A stretch of 64,000 nt of DNA from Sedimentisphaeraceae bacterium JB056 (GCA_044440125.1 JBITAJ010000015.1:160001-224000), one strand, 5' to 3'; counted from the stretch's first letter, positions 1 to 9,483 are shown. Made by a program: numbers and translations. The notes: a model not told the origin generated them from the sequence alone.

Positions 1-1710
1 TACTTCAAGAGAATAGACGTGTGCAGTTATTCACAGTATCCGGCGATTATTAGAGAACCTTCAGAGAAAAATACTGCAATTATTCCTTCAGATATTAATA
101 ATCGAGAAAATGAAGAAGCAAACGCTCTGATTGAAGCCCTGACTCTTGGAAAAAGAAGCTCCTTATCGGAAAATGTCTTGGACGATTTCAGGACTGCCGG
201 CTTGATGCACATATTGAGCCTTTCGGGCATGCATGTCGGTATAATTATGGCTGGTCTGTGGGGGATTCTTCGGATATTGGGTTTCAGGCAGAAGGTTGCC
301 GGAGCGATTGTGATTCTTATGCTGACAATTTTTCTTCTGAAAGTTCAGATCAGGCCGCCAGTGGTCAGGGCTGCTATAATCGCCTATGTGTTTGCGTTTG
401 CCAAGCTTTTGGAAAGACGCAGTTTGCCGCTGAATGTGTTGTCTATTGCCGCGGTGATAACTTTGCTAATCGATCCGAGGGATATCTTCAGTCCGGGCTG
501 GCAGCTTTCCTTTATATGTGTATTGGGGATTGTGCTGCTTACGAGACCTATTTATGAATCTTTTATTTATCTGAAATTTTACTATCTTGATTTATGGCTG
601 CCGCATCGCAGTAGTGATGATAAGCCCGACTTAAAAGTTCTCAGCTTTGCCAAATTCAGGAAATGGTTTCTTATGGCTCTAAGCGTGTCATTTGCCGCAT
701 GGATAAGTTCACTTCCGGTTATCGCTTATCATTTTGGAGCGGTTTATCCGTTTTCATGGCTTTATACGATTTTGCTTGCTCCGCTTCTGTGGCTTACTAT
801 AAATGCCGGTTTTTTAGGACTGATAGCGTGGGATGGCTTTTCGGTAGTATCACAGTGGTTTGCCGGTATCCTGATTGATATCGTTGGTGCCTTTGCAAAA
901 ATACCTCACAGTGAGGTGCTTACCGGTTTCATTCCTTTGAGGGTATTTTGGTTTATGGTCGGAACCATTATTCTGTTTTCGTTATCTTCGTTTTTGCTGA
1001 ACAGGAAGCTAAAAAGATTGTGTCTGATATGTACTCTTGTGCTTGCTGTGCTTATAATTCAATGGGATTTATCCGAGTTTGACAGTGATCAGTTGCGGAT
1101 GTCATTGCTTCCGGTAGGTCATGGGCAATGCGTAGTATTGGAGATGCCGGGTGATGAAGTTTATATGTTAGACTGCGGCTCAAAGACATTTTCTGATTGC
1201 GGCCGGCGTATTGCTACCCCCTTTCTGAGGTCAAGAAGGATCAAAAAGCTTGATACGATGATAATATCCCATCCTGATGCCGATCATGTTAATGGTGTTG
1301 ATGTGATTTTAGAGAAGTTCTCGCCTGATAATGTGTTCATAAATACAGACAGCATGAAAATGGGCTTTGATGGCAGTGTTGTGGATGGGCAGACATATTC
1401 GATTTTTGATACAGATGGCAAGTGGAAGCTTGATATTATACCTTCCGGTGATGATTATTCACGAAATAACAATTCGCTTGTTGTTATGATTGATTATGAG
1501 GGATATTCGGTAATGATTCCCAGCGATATTGAGCAGGAAAGACAATATGAACTTCTTGATATGGGCATCGAAACCGATTTACTTCTCATGCCGCACCATA
1601 GTTCCGATTTTACGAATTTGAGGAATCTGCAGCAAATGCTCAATGCAAAAAAAGTGATTTCCACAAAGCCAACAGATGCGATGGTTCTAAGAAACTACGC
1701 CTTTGAGTAA
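1..1710 (+). CDS. comEC: ComEC/Rec2 DNA-uptake competence protein (5' end lies outside the window)
   Basis: Frame is open from base 1. Competence-domain motifs GLMHILSLSGMHV, VVRAAI and GWQLSF; C-terminal metallo-beta-lactamase-like domain (VGHGQC, DCGS, SHPDADH, NNNSLV, PHHSS). Confidence 0.9.
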   Translation, partial: YFKRIDVCSYSQYPAIIREPSEKNTAIIPSDINNRENEEANALIEALTLGKRSSLSENVLDDFRTAGLMHILSLSGMHVGIIMAGLWGILRILGFRQKVAGAIVILMLTIFLLKVQIRPPVVRAAIIAYVFAFAKLLERRSLPLNVLSIAAVITLLIDPRDIFSPGWQLSFICVLGIVLLTRPIYESFIYLKFYYLDLWLPHRSSDDKPDLKVLSFAKFRKWFLMALSVSFAAWISSLPVIAYHFGAVYPFSWLYTILLAPLLWLTINAGFLGLIAWDGFSVVSQWFAGILIDIVGAFAKIPHSEVLTGFIPLRVFWFMVGTIILFSLSSFLLNRKLKRLCLICTLVLAVLIIQWDLSEFDSDQLRMSLLPVGHGQCVVLEMPGDEVYMLDCGSKTFSDCGRRIATPFLRSRRIKKLDTMIISHPDADHVNGVDVILEKFSPDNVFINTDSMKMGFDGSVVDGQTYSIFDTDGKWKLDIIPSGDDYSRNNNSLVVMIDYEGYSVMIPSDIEQERQYELLDMGIETDLLLMPHHSSDFTNLRNLQQMLNAKKVISTKPTDAMVLRNYAFE

Positions 1711-1734
1711 TTTGGTAATTATTAATTACTCAAA
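1702..1734. terminator. AT-rich inverted repeat at the comEC stop, between convergent genes; possible terminator
   Basis: TTTGAGTAATT (1702-1712) pairs with AATTACTCAAA (1724-1734). Confidence 0.35.
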
Positions 1735-1820
1735 AATTGTGTTACCTTCAGTGTTTATTATTTCTCAATTAAGATCTTATTATAAGACTATTGCTTATTG
1801 CGGTGTACTGAAAGAAGGTG

Positions 1821-2180
1821 TTATTCGCTGTTGATCCACTGCCAAGCCTGCTCGCTTTTATCGCTATAGAAAAATTTCGTGGGGGCGGAGAAGAACAGGC
1901 CGGAAATTTTTGTGCCCCATTTTTCCCATCTCTTTTCTCCCACTATGGCTATTTTGCCGTAATTGTCCTTGTATTTTATGTCAAGCTTGATATCTTCCCA
2001 CATAGCTGCGATCTCAAAGCCGGTAAAGTCTTGCAGTTTAATGAAGAAATTGAGCTTGCCGTATGAATTGACCAGTTCTTCCATTCTTGGAACAAGAGGT
2101 ATATAGTCGCTCTTACGAAGCTTTCCTGATGCCGTAACACTTAAAACATTGTTGTCGTTTGGTCCTTCTATGCAGATCAT
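1821..2180 (-). CDS. SpoIIAA-like (STAS/SEC14-fold) small protein
   Basis: 119 aa with the family pattern SGKL..SDY, F.GFE..AMWED.K and KIAIVG..W..W, ending A.QWI; GAGGAG RBS upstream. Confidence 0.8.
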   Translation of the reverse strand: MICIEGPNDNNVLSVTASGKLRKSDYIPLVPRMEELVNSYGKLNFFIKLQDFTGFEIAAMWEDIKLDIKYKDNYGKIAIVGEKRWEKWGTKISGLFFSAPTKFFYSDKSEQAWQWINSE

Positions 2181-2280
2181 AATTTTCTCCTCTCTGGTGA
2201 AAAAACATTCTCACCCTCGATTATTGATTATAGACCGGCAATTGTCAACTAAATAATCAAATGGACTTTTTTCTTCGGCT

Positions 2281-3090
2281 TTATTTTTTCATGTGGTAGG
2301 ATTCAGAGTCTTTTGGGTAGCCTGCGTTTTTGACTTCTTCATCGTACTGGGCGATTGTTTTGGTTATTTGATCTCCGATATCTGCGAATTTCCTTGAGAA
2401 TTTGGGCATGAAGCCTTTGTTTAAGCCGAGGACGTCTGATATGACCAGCACCTGTCCATCACAGTCGGGGCCTGAGCCGCAGCTTATCACCGGAACCTGA
2501 ATATTATCGGTTACGATTTTAGCCGCTTCCCTTGCAACACCTTCCAGAAGAAGCATTTTCGCACCTGCTGACTGCATTTTTTTAGCTGTTTCAAGCAGGG
2601 CAGCGCAATCGGCATCGGTTGTGCCTTCTGCTTTGAGCCGGCCGGTGAGGTTGATGCTTTGCGGACGCATTCCAATATGTGCCATAACCGCTATTCCGGC
2701 ATCGCTTACTGCTTCGATTATGTCGACTTGCTTATCCGTAACCTCGATTTTTACGATATCCGCATCAGATTCAGTCACAAACCTGCCCGCATTGATGATA
2801 GCATCTTTGATACTTGTCTGATACGAAAGAAAGGGCATGTCTGCGGCTATGAGTTTGGAAGGTGCTCCACGGGTGACTGCCTTTGTGATAAGCGTCATGT
2901 AGTCCATTGTCGCCGGCAGCGTACTCTTTTCGCCAAGCATAACTTGAGCGGCAGAGTCGCCTACCATGAGCATATCAATATCTGTGTCAGCGATCAGAGA
3001 CGCTGTAGTATAGTCATAGCATGTAATAACAGAAAACTTCTTGTTCTCTTGTTTATAATCATAAATTTTTGATATAGTTGTTCTTTTCAT
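2281..3090 (-). CDS. panB: 3-methyl-2-oxobutanoate hydroxymethyltransferase
   Basis: TCYDY, LMVGDS, ADMPFLSY, VKIE, MAHIG, GSGPDCDGQVLV and PKF motifs. Confidence 0.96.
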   Translation of the reverse strand: MKRTTISKIYDYKQENKKFSVITCYDYTTASLIADTDIDMLMVGDSAAQVMLGEKSTLPATMDYMTLITKAVTRGAPSKLIAADMPFLSYQTSIKDAIINAGRFVTESDADIVKIEVTDKQVDIIEAVSDAGIAVMAHIGMRPQSINLTGRLKAEGTTDADCAALLETAKKMQSAGAKMLLLEGVAREAAKIVTDNIQVPVISCGSGPDCDGQVLVISDVLGLNKGFMPKFSRKFADIGDQITKTIAQYDEEVKNAGYPKDSESYHMKK

Positions 3091-3097
3091 CCGTTAC

Positions 3098-3126
3098 ATT
3101 ATACAGTTTTGAATACAAAGGTGAAA
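3098..3126 (-). promoter_or_regulatory. sigma70-type promoter of panB (TTTCAC-17-TATAAT), 7 nt upstream of the ATG
   Basis: Minus strand reads TTTCAC ctttgtattcaaaactg TATAAT gtaacgg ATG. Confidence 0.6.
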
Positions 3127-3181
3127 TGATTTTTCGAGTTGAAATTTGATATATTTAGTACGGTACGGTTTGCATATATAT

Positions 3182-3217
3182 AAAAAAGCCTGCTTAGTTG
3201 TTAACCAAACAGGCTTT
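3182..3217 (-). terminator. Intrinsic terminator of the sugar isomerase gene
   Basis: AAAGCCTG...CAGGCTTT stem followed by a T run on the minus strand. Confidence 0.7.
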
Positions 3218-3242
3218 AAGGTGTCAATTTTTGTAATTCGGC

Positions 3243-4649
3243 TTATCCGTGATAGTAAACATCCCAACCCATGTATGTTGTGAGTGCTTCGTTTATAGCA
3301 GCGGCTTTTTCGCTGATATTCACGGCTACATGGTGCTCAAACCCATTTTCGCACATATACCTAAGCAGTGTCTGCATGTTCGGTATCCTCATTACGCCGT
3401 ATCCGCCGAAGGTATCCACCTTATCATTAGTAAATTCTCCTTCGCCGAGATAGCAGGCTATTGTACCGTTCATATCGTCGGTGCTGGTTCTGAGGAATGT
3501 TGTTGGGTTTGGTGCGATACGTCCGCCGATTGTGCCAAATGTGTTCTCTTTTCCAACGGAGCCGGCAATGATTGCCTGATATTCCATGGTTGATTTTTCG
3601 AAGAATGATTTCGGCAGATTGCTGCAGTGGAAGAGCACACATTTATCAGGATCTTCGCCATAATTGTTGTTCCAGTCGAGCAGGGCACTTGGCTTATTGC
3701 TTGCAAGCTGAAGAACATACATTCCAAGAAGACCCATTACATCAACTTCACATGCACTTGGTGCAAGGCTTTCGCTTAGCATACTCATAAGTGTACATGG
3801 AACAACGCCATAGAATTCTTCAATGCTTGTCCAGCACTGAATGGTTGTCGCTTGAACGTCTACCTCTTTGCACCATTGGTCGATTACGGTGCCGAGTTTA
3901 GCCATTTTCATAAGGGAGTTTTCGGGAATATCAGTTGTCTGGACGTAACCTTTGATAGCGTTGAGCTTATCAATTACACAACTGTCACTGTCGGCAAGCT
4001 TATTTGAACGTCCGAGGATTTCAGAAAGATCCACAGGTTCAACGGCGATGCCATAGCTTTCGAGAATCTTTTCGCTGTAACGAACAGTATTGAAAGCGGC
4101 AGGGCGTGCCCCAATAGCTCCGAAACGTACGTTTTTCAGCCCCTTTACAATGTTGCATACACTTGCGAATTTGCTAAGCTCTTTGGCAAAGGCTTCCGAT
4201 GAGACACTTACTGTATGGCAGTCGGTAAGCGTGTAGGGCAGTCCGGCCTGAAGCAGGTTGTTGCAAACGCTTATCTTGCCGCAAAATGAGTCGCGACGGT
4301 GTATTATCGTCATGTCAGATGAAACGTCCGGTTCGGCCTGTACAAGAATTGGTACGTTTAGCCCGCTTCTTTTGATTGCTTCAGCAACACCTTTTTCGTC
4401 ACCGAAATTTGGAAGTGTTACTATTATACCGTCTATTTTATCTTCATTTTTTTTGAAAAGTTCGGCACATTTCTTGGCTTCTTCGAAGGTTTCAACTGCA
4501 CCGTATTTACTGTCATTTTCACTGAGTGCGATGCTGTTATAGCCATTTTTGTCAAGTACTTCAAGTATTGATTTGCGACCTTCCATTGCAAGTGCATCAG
4601 GGAAGAAACCTCTGTTGGCTACTATCACACCGAAAGTTAATTTGTCCAT
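3243..4649 (-). CDS. L-fucose/L-arabinose isomerase family protein
   Basis: LPNFGDE, RRDSFCGKIS, QCW, CEVD, FHCSN and GFEHHVA motifs. Start moved to ATG 4649 (MDKLTFG), which has a GGAGAG RBS. Confidence 0.85.
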   Translation of the reverse strand: MDKLTFGVIVANRGFFPDALAMEGRKSILEVLDKNGYNSIALSENDSKYGAVETFEEAKKCAELFKKNEDKIDGIIVTLPNFGDEKGVAEAIKRSGLNVPILVQAEPDVSSDMTIIHRRDSFCGKISVCNNLLQAGLPYTLTDCHTVSVSSEAFAKELSKFASVCNIVKGLKNVRFGAIGARPAAFNTVRYSEKILESYGIAVEPVDLSEILGRSNKLADSDSCVIDKLNAIKGYVQTTDIPENSLMKMAKLGTVIDQWCKEVDVQATTIQCWTSIEEFYGVVPCTLMSMLSESLAPSACEVDVMGLLGMYVLQLASNKPSALLDWNNNYGEDPDKCVLFHCSNLPKSFFEKSTMEYQAIIAGSVGKENTFGTIGGRIAPNPTTFLRTSTDDMNGTIACYLGEGEFTNDKVDTFGGYGVMRIPNMQTLLRYMCENGFEHHVAVNISEKAAAINEALTTYMGWDVYYHG

Positions 4650-4809
4650 TTTTCTCTCCATATCTTTAAACAGAATATATTTGATTTGTGATTGACTTAT
4701 CCAAGCCTCTTGAAAATCTGTCAACCTTTAACCTTGATTGATTCTATACCTATGGAGTGGTTTATTCAAGACCAAATTACGTTAAAAAAAAACCAAAAAG
4801 CGCAAGGTG

Positions 4810-6237
4810 TCATTGTTTGTCGGACAATTCCTTAATCCTTTTTGCTCCTGATTTAGGGCTGCTAAGATTACCTGGGCCGGCGATGCAGCCTCCCTGACAG
4901 TTCATTACTTCAACAAAATTACCCGGACATTTGACTTTTGAATAAGCATTCAAGAGTTTGATGCTTTTCTTATCAAGCCCGTCAATAAGTACAGGCTTTA
5001 TATCAGCATTGTTGTCTAAGCAGCTCTTTACAGCCTCAGTGACTCCGCCTGAAATAGCAAATTCTCTGCCTTCTGAAGTTGGCTTGATTGGTGTTTGTTG
5101 TTCTTCGGCATCGCGTACGAATATGTCTTTTGCAACGAACATTGCTCCAAGTTCTTCGGCAGTAATAACGAAGTCTACCGAGCCGGTGTTTATGGCTTCC
5201 GCCCGTTTTGCTATACATGGACCTACAAAAACCGTCACTGCATCAGGGTCAGTTTCTTTACTTCGTCTTCCAGTGAAATCCATTGGTGTCGGGGTGTCGG
5301 ATATGAATTCCTGTAGTGAGTTTATATGTTTTTTTGCGGCTTCCTTATATACAGGACAGCAGCTTGATGTCATAAATCGCTGACCTTGTTCCATTTTTTC
5401 CATAAATTCTTTTGCTTCATGTTGTGCTGTAATGTCAGCTCCATGAGCTACTTCAATAACATCAGAAAAACCGAGAGCTTTTACTGCTCCAATTATTTTT
5501 TCAAATTCACATGGAAATTGGCCTGCAATAGCAGGAGCAAGCATAGCTACCACTTTGCGGCCGGATTTGATTTTTTTTATAACATCAATTATTTGCGAGC
5601 GTTCCATGATAGCACCAAAAGGACACGCCATCATGCATCGTCCACAATATATACATTTGTCATAGTCTATGCTTTCAGTTCCATTTTCATCTTTCTCTAT
5701 AGCGCCAACAGGGCACGCCTCTTCACATGGAATGGGAATGCTAACAATTGCGTGATAAGGGCAAACTTTCAGGCATATTCCGCAGTTTACACATTTGTCT
5801 TCATCGATTCTTGCCTTGCCGTCAACCATTGTTATGGCATCTTTCGAGCAGTTTACCATGCATGGTCTTGCTACGCATCCTCGGCACACATTTGTTACGA
5901 AATGCCTGCCTTTAGGGCACGATGTACATGCTTCATCAATAACGGTAAGTATCGGGTTTTCGACAGTTTCGCGTTTGAGGGCGTCATTACTGTAGGCTCC
6001 CAGAGTCTTGAGCTCATCGGTCTCATCTTCTACGCTGTGGCCGAGTATTGCCATCAGCCGGTATTTGACAACTGCACGCTCTTTGTATGCGCAGCACCTG
6101 TTGGCGGCCTTTTTTCTTGGGAACATTTTAATCACAAGTTCATCGAGTTTTTGTTCAAGATTACCCTCAAAAGCAAGTCGTGCGGTTTCGATGAGGAGTT
6201 TCTTTTTTATTCTGTTTGCGTTATTGTCTGAAAGCAT
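4810..6237 (-). CDS. Monomeric [FeFe]-hydrogenase, group-B-like (HfsD-like position), with multiple ferredoxin-type [4Fe-4S] motifs
   Basis: H-cluster motifs TSSCCP (L1), GPCIAKRAE (L2) and EVMNCQGGCIAGPG (L3); N-terminal RCCAYKERA; CxxCxxCxxxCP motifs. Confidence 0.92.
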   Translation of the reverse strand: MLSDNNANRIKKKLLIETARLAFEGNLEQKLDELVIKMFPRKKAANRCCAYKERAVVKYRLMAILGHSVEDETDELKTLGAYSNDALKRETVENPILTVIDEACTSCPKGRHFVTNVCRGCVARPCMVNCSKDAITMVDGKARIDEDKCVNCGICLKVCPYHAIVSIPIPCEEACPVGAIEKDENGTESIDYDKCIYCGRCMMACPFGAIMERSQIIDVIKKIKSGRKVVAMLAPAIAGQFPCEFEKIIGAVKALGFSDVIEVAHGADITAQHEAKEFMEKMEQGQRFMTSSCCPVYKEAAKKHINSLQEFISDTPTPMDFTGRRSKETDPDAVTVFVGPCIAKRAEAINTGSVDFVITAEELGAMFVAKDIFVRDAEEQQTPIKPTSEGREFAISGGVTEAVKSCLDNNADIKPVLIDGLDKKSIKLLNAYSKVKCPGNFVEVMNCQGGCIAGPGNLSSPKSGAKRIKELSDKQ

Positions 6238-6248
6238 ATCAAGTCTGT

Positions 6249-6503
6249 TTAAGTATTATTAATTATGTTTCGTATTTCATCTGCCACTTTTGCCATAGTT
6301 GCCGAGCTTATTACTTTACCGTTTACTGTGACATATGGCGGATCGCTTTGCTCTTTATTCAGACATTGTCCAAGACATGCCGAGGCTTCTATGGTTACCT
6401 TGCTGCCAAATTCGCGAGGCAGTTTTGTTGAAAGCTCCATAAGTGATTCGGCTCCCATCACATGGCATGTTGTGCCGGTGCATATAACTACTTTGATTTT
6501 CAT
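6249..6503 (-). CDS. Thioredoxin-like [2Fe-2S] ferredoxin (NuoE-like, HfsA-like)
   Basis: CTGTTCHVMG ... CLGQC ... PPYVTVNG. Confidence 0.88.
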   Translation of the reverse strand: MKIKVVICTGTTCHVMGAESLMELSTKLPREFGSKVTIEASACLGQCLNKEQSDPPYVTVNGKVISSATMAKVADEIRNIINNT

Positions 6504-6517
6504 GTTTTTACCGTTTA

Positions 6518-7705
6518 TCAGGTTAGTTCCATCTCAACATCTTTGAGATATTGTGTACTTAAAATCCGCATAAGTCGTTTTACGAGGTTTCGCCTCAGAT
6601 CCATTTCAATCGGAAAATCAGGGTTTTGATGAACCTGATTGACCTTTGTCCCTACAAGAAACTTTATTATATCACTATCAAGTAAACTTTCCAGTAATCT
6701 TGCGGCTGCATCTGGATTGTTTTGTTCAATGTCTTCGCCGCTTTCGAGCATATCCGCCAGACGCGTAAGCGTAAGAGTGCCCTCAGTTACCATATCAACG
6801 CCTTTGAGCCTTGATACAGGAGGCAGATTTCTGTTGAGATCGCCTATGTCGGTTTCCACTTTCGTATTGAAATATCTTGCCACAATATTGGCAGTCGTTC
6901 CGCCGCAGATTATTTTTTTGCCGTCAAAACTGATTATCTGATCGATCAGATAGGCATCGAATTTTGTCTCGGCTGGAGGCCCTGTTACGACAAGTGTCTT
7001 GCGGGGCTTTCGCATGTTTATGACAAGAGAGCTTGTGTCGTCTTTTGCAATCTTCGAATCATTGAGTATGGCTCTTGATACAATATTCTTTGCCAATGTT
7101 CGTGCCGAAATATCTGGCTGCGACTGGCATTGCTCTAATGTATATTCAATGAGCTTCTCTTCTCCCCAGCCAAACGGCATATTTTCCCTGCCTCTGCCGG
7201 ATTCGGTTACACCATCGGTGCATATTATGATCTTGTCGCTGAGTTTGGTTTTGAAACAGCTGTAGAATATTGTTTTTGTGCCAAGTTTTTCGAAGTTGGC
7301 AAGTATCTTTCGCCTCGGCAGCCGCTGAATTTTATTGTCGGAGATAAATATTGCTGCCGGATTATCATATTCAATGAGTCGAATTTGTCCATCAGAGTCA
7401 ATGTCAGCGATTGAAAAAGTTGAGTAGCCGAGATTTCTGTTGTCGCATAAAGGCAGAGCTTTCATTATCAGCTCGGCGGTGCGTTTGATGTCTGTTTCAC
7501 GGCTAACCAGTTCAACAGCCATTGTAGATGCGAGTGTTGCCAATACGTTTGCTTTTATGCCGCTGCCCAAACCATCAGCTACACAGATGACAAGCCTGCC
7601 TTGTCCGCTGATGATATTGGTTTTGATGGCATCGCCGCAAACCTTCTGGCCTTCTTTTTTTCTCTGCCAGTAGTCAACTTCTACAAATGCATCTTTAATG
7701 TTCAT
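6518..7705 (-). CDS. SpoIIE/PP2C-family Ser/Thr protein phosphatase (HfsC-like)
   Basis: CGD, ADGLGSG, TDGVTE and DDTS metal-binding motifs; C-terminal TGPP...ICGGTTA domain typical of hydrogenase-associated phosphatases. Confidence 0.9.
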   Translation of the reverse strand: MNIKDAFVEVDYWQRKKEGQKVCGDAIKTNIISGQGRLVICVADGLGSGIKANVLATLASTMAVELVSRETDIKRTAELIMKALPLCDNRNLGYSTFSIADIDSDGQIRLIEYDNPAAIFISDNKIQRLPRRKILANFEKLGTKTIFYSCFKTKLSDKIIICTDGVTESGRGRENMPFGWGEEKLIEYTLEQCQSQPDISARTLAKNIVSRAILNDSKIAKDDTSSLVINMRKPRKTLVVTGPPAETKFDAYLIDQIISFDGKKIICGGTTANIVARYFNTKVETDIGDLNRNLPPVSRLKGVDMVTEGTLTLTRLADMLESGEDIEQNNPDAAARLLESLLDSDIIKFLVGTKVNQVHQNPDFPIEMDLRRNLVKRLMRILSTQYLKDVEMELT

Positions 7706-9443
7706 TGGATTTAATGCTGTTATCTCTGTTGGTCTTGGTAAATGTATTCACTATTGAATTAAGTATAGCTTCCGATGCCGCGGCGTTTTCGCCAAGCAAA
7801 TGGGCTATCTTCTGAACAGTGCCGAGGTTTTGTTCCATTACTTCCTGAGACTTCTTTATTATCTGTTCTTTCTGTACAGCCGGTTCTGTAATATCCTGTG
7901 CGATACATCCGATAAGTGTGTTAGGCTCAATCGAGAAGATATTGATATTCAACACGTTGTCTGCTACAGTGAGTTCCTTTTCTATGAAATCATTGTTGTG
8001 CTCCAGCACCTGCGTGAAGAGGTTATGGAACGGCACCACCTTTTCGAGTGAAGCACCTGTCAGTTCTCCAAAACTGTCAAAGACCATTAGGTTGTCCGGT
8101 CCCATGTATTCCGCGAATTTCCTATTTGCTTCGATGATTCGCATATTATTATCGGCAATCAGTATGCCGCATGGAAGTGTTTTGATCAATGCATCGAGTT
8201 TTTTATGAGCCAGACGTCTCATATTGCCAAGGCACATTCCCGGCTCAGCTCTTTCTTCAAGCATTGCCGATGCAAAATCTCGGCAGCTGTTGTAGCCGCA
8301 GGCTCCGCAGTTGAGTTCATCTTCCGGTCTGTATTTGCCAACAAGTTGAAGGGCGGTTCGTATCTCGCTTTCACGATGCTTTGGGAGGTATACCGGTGAT
8401 ATTTCAAATCTGTTTTCGATATCGATTGTCGGTTTTCTTGGTACATTGCTGCAGTCAGATTTGCCATGCTTAAGCACTTTTACACGTTTGCCTACAGAAG
8501 CTCCCTTGTCTTTCATCATCGGGCCATTTACACATCCGCCTTCACATGCCAGAAGCTCAAGGAAAGTGCCGTTGTAGGCTTCTGCATTTGCAGAAAGTTC
8601 TTCTAACACGCTTTTAATGTTCTTGAGACCGGAAAAAGTCATAAAACGCTCATCACTTACGGTACAGTTGGCCTTTATACCGGCAATCATACCGCCGTCT
8701 ACTGGATATAGGTTCCCCTCATTGGCTCTTTGTGGTATGAAGCTTTCCTTATCATTATCAAGGTGCTCAAGATTTATGCTGTTTGCAAACAGATAACGCC
8801 TTAATTCATCAAAGGTGAGTGTGAGATCCAGAAGCTCAGAAGCGTCAGATTCCAATTTTTTGGCTATGCAGGGACCTATAAATACGACAGATGTGTCTTG
8901 ACCGTATTTTTCTTTTAACATTTTGCAATGCGCAAGAACCGGAGAGAGAAATCCTGTGATATTGGCGGAAAATTCTGGATAATATTTGTTGATGTATTCG
9001 ACAACAACAGGGCAGGCTGATGAGATTCTCACTGTTGGTTGATTTTTGAGTAGCAGCGAGGCTATGTTGGCAGAGACTTCCTGTGCTCCAAGGGCTGTTT
9101 CAGATACTCCGTCAAATCCAATCATTTTCAGTGCACTGATCACTGCATTTTCTGTGGTTTCTGAAAACTCGCAGATAAAGCTTGGGGCCAATGATGCAAT
9201 CACTTTGCCGCCATTTTTCTTCTTTTCAGCAAGCAGTGATGAGAAGGCAGAAAGGTCGTCGCGGTATTTTTTAGCCTTTATAGGACAGATGTTTACGCAA
9301 TGCCCACAGCTTATGCACATGTTATGGATAACACTTGCACTGCCATCGTGTATTTCTACTGCCTTGACAGGGCATTGCCTGAGGCATTTATAGCAGTCCT
9401 GGCATTGAGCCGTAACGGTATATATTGGTTTTAACTGTTGCAT
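7695..9443 (-). CDS. hydS: Sensory (group C) [FeFe]-hydrogenase with Fe-S and PAS domains (HydS/HfsB-like)
   Basis: Two N-terminal CxxCxxCxxxCP motifs; L1 SSACP, L2 GPCIAKKLE, L3 ELLACEGGCVNGP; CGACGYNSC...C Fe-S motif; PAS signature LPCGILIAD...IEANRKF. Confidence 0.88.
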   Translation of the reverse strand: MQQLKPIYTVTAQCQDCYKCLRQCPVKAVEIHDGSASVIHNMCISCGHCVNICPIKAKKYRDDLSAFSSLLAEKKKNGGKVIASLAPSFICEFSETTENAVISALKMIGFDGVSETALGAQEVSANIASLLLKNQPTVRISSACPVVVEYINKYYPEFSANITGFLSPVLAHCKMLKEKYGQDTSVVFIGPCIAKKLESDASELLDLTLTFDELRRYLFANSINLEHLDNDKESFIPQRANEGNLYPVDGGMIAGIKANCTVSDERFMTFSGLKNIKSVLEELSANAEAYNGTFLELLACEGGCVNGPMMKDKGASVGKRVKVLKHGKSDCSNVPRKPTIDIENRFEISPVYLPKHRESEIRTALQLVGKYRPEDELNCGACGYNSCRDFASAMLEERAEPGMCLGNMRRLAHKKLDALIKTLPCGILIADNNMRIIEANRKFAEYMGPDNLMVFDSFGELTGASLEKVVPFHNLFTQVLEHNNDFIEKELTVADNVLNINIFSIEPNTLIGCIAQDITEPAVQKEQIIKKSQEVMEQNLGTVQKIAHLLGENAAASEAILNSIVNTFTKTNRDNSIKSNEH

Positions 9444-9465
9444 ACGTATTCTTGTTAAAGATGTA

Positions 9466-9483
9466 TTGATAAAAATATATCAA
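9466..9483. promoter_or_regulatory. 18-bp palindrome upstream of hydS, Rex-operator-like
   Basis: TTGATA-AAAATA-TATCAA; same length and outer symmetry as the Rex box TTGT(G/T)AANNNNTT(C/A)ACAA, with mismatches. Confidence 0.4.

Noticed and set aside
1821..2180. SpoIIAA-like protein as the substrate of the hydrogenase-linked SpoIIE phosphatase
   Set aside because: It lacks the phosphorylatable DSSG-type serine motif (it has FTGFEIAA) and is separated from the operon by two unrelated genes and a terminator.
5386..6231. 281-aa plus-strand ORF and the many other antisense or nested ORFs in the track
   Set aside because: They lie opposite or inside well-supported genes and show no motifs or RBS; they are shadow ORFs.
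9466..9483. FNR box upstream of hydS
   Set aside because: The TTGAT and ATCAA half-sites are 8 bp apart, not the 4 bp FNR requires.
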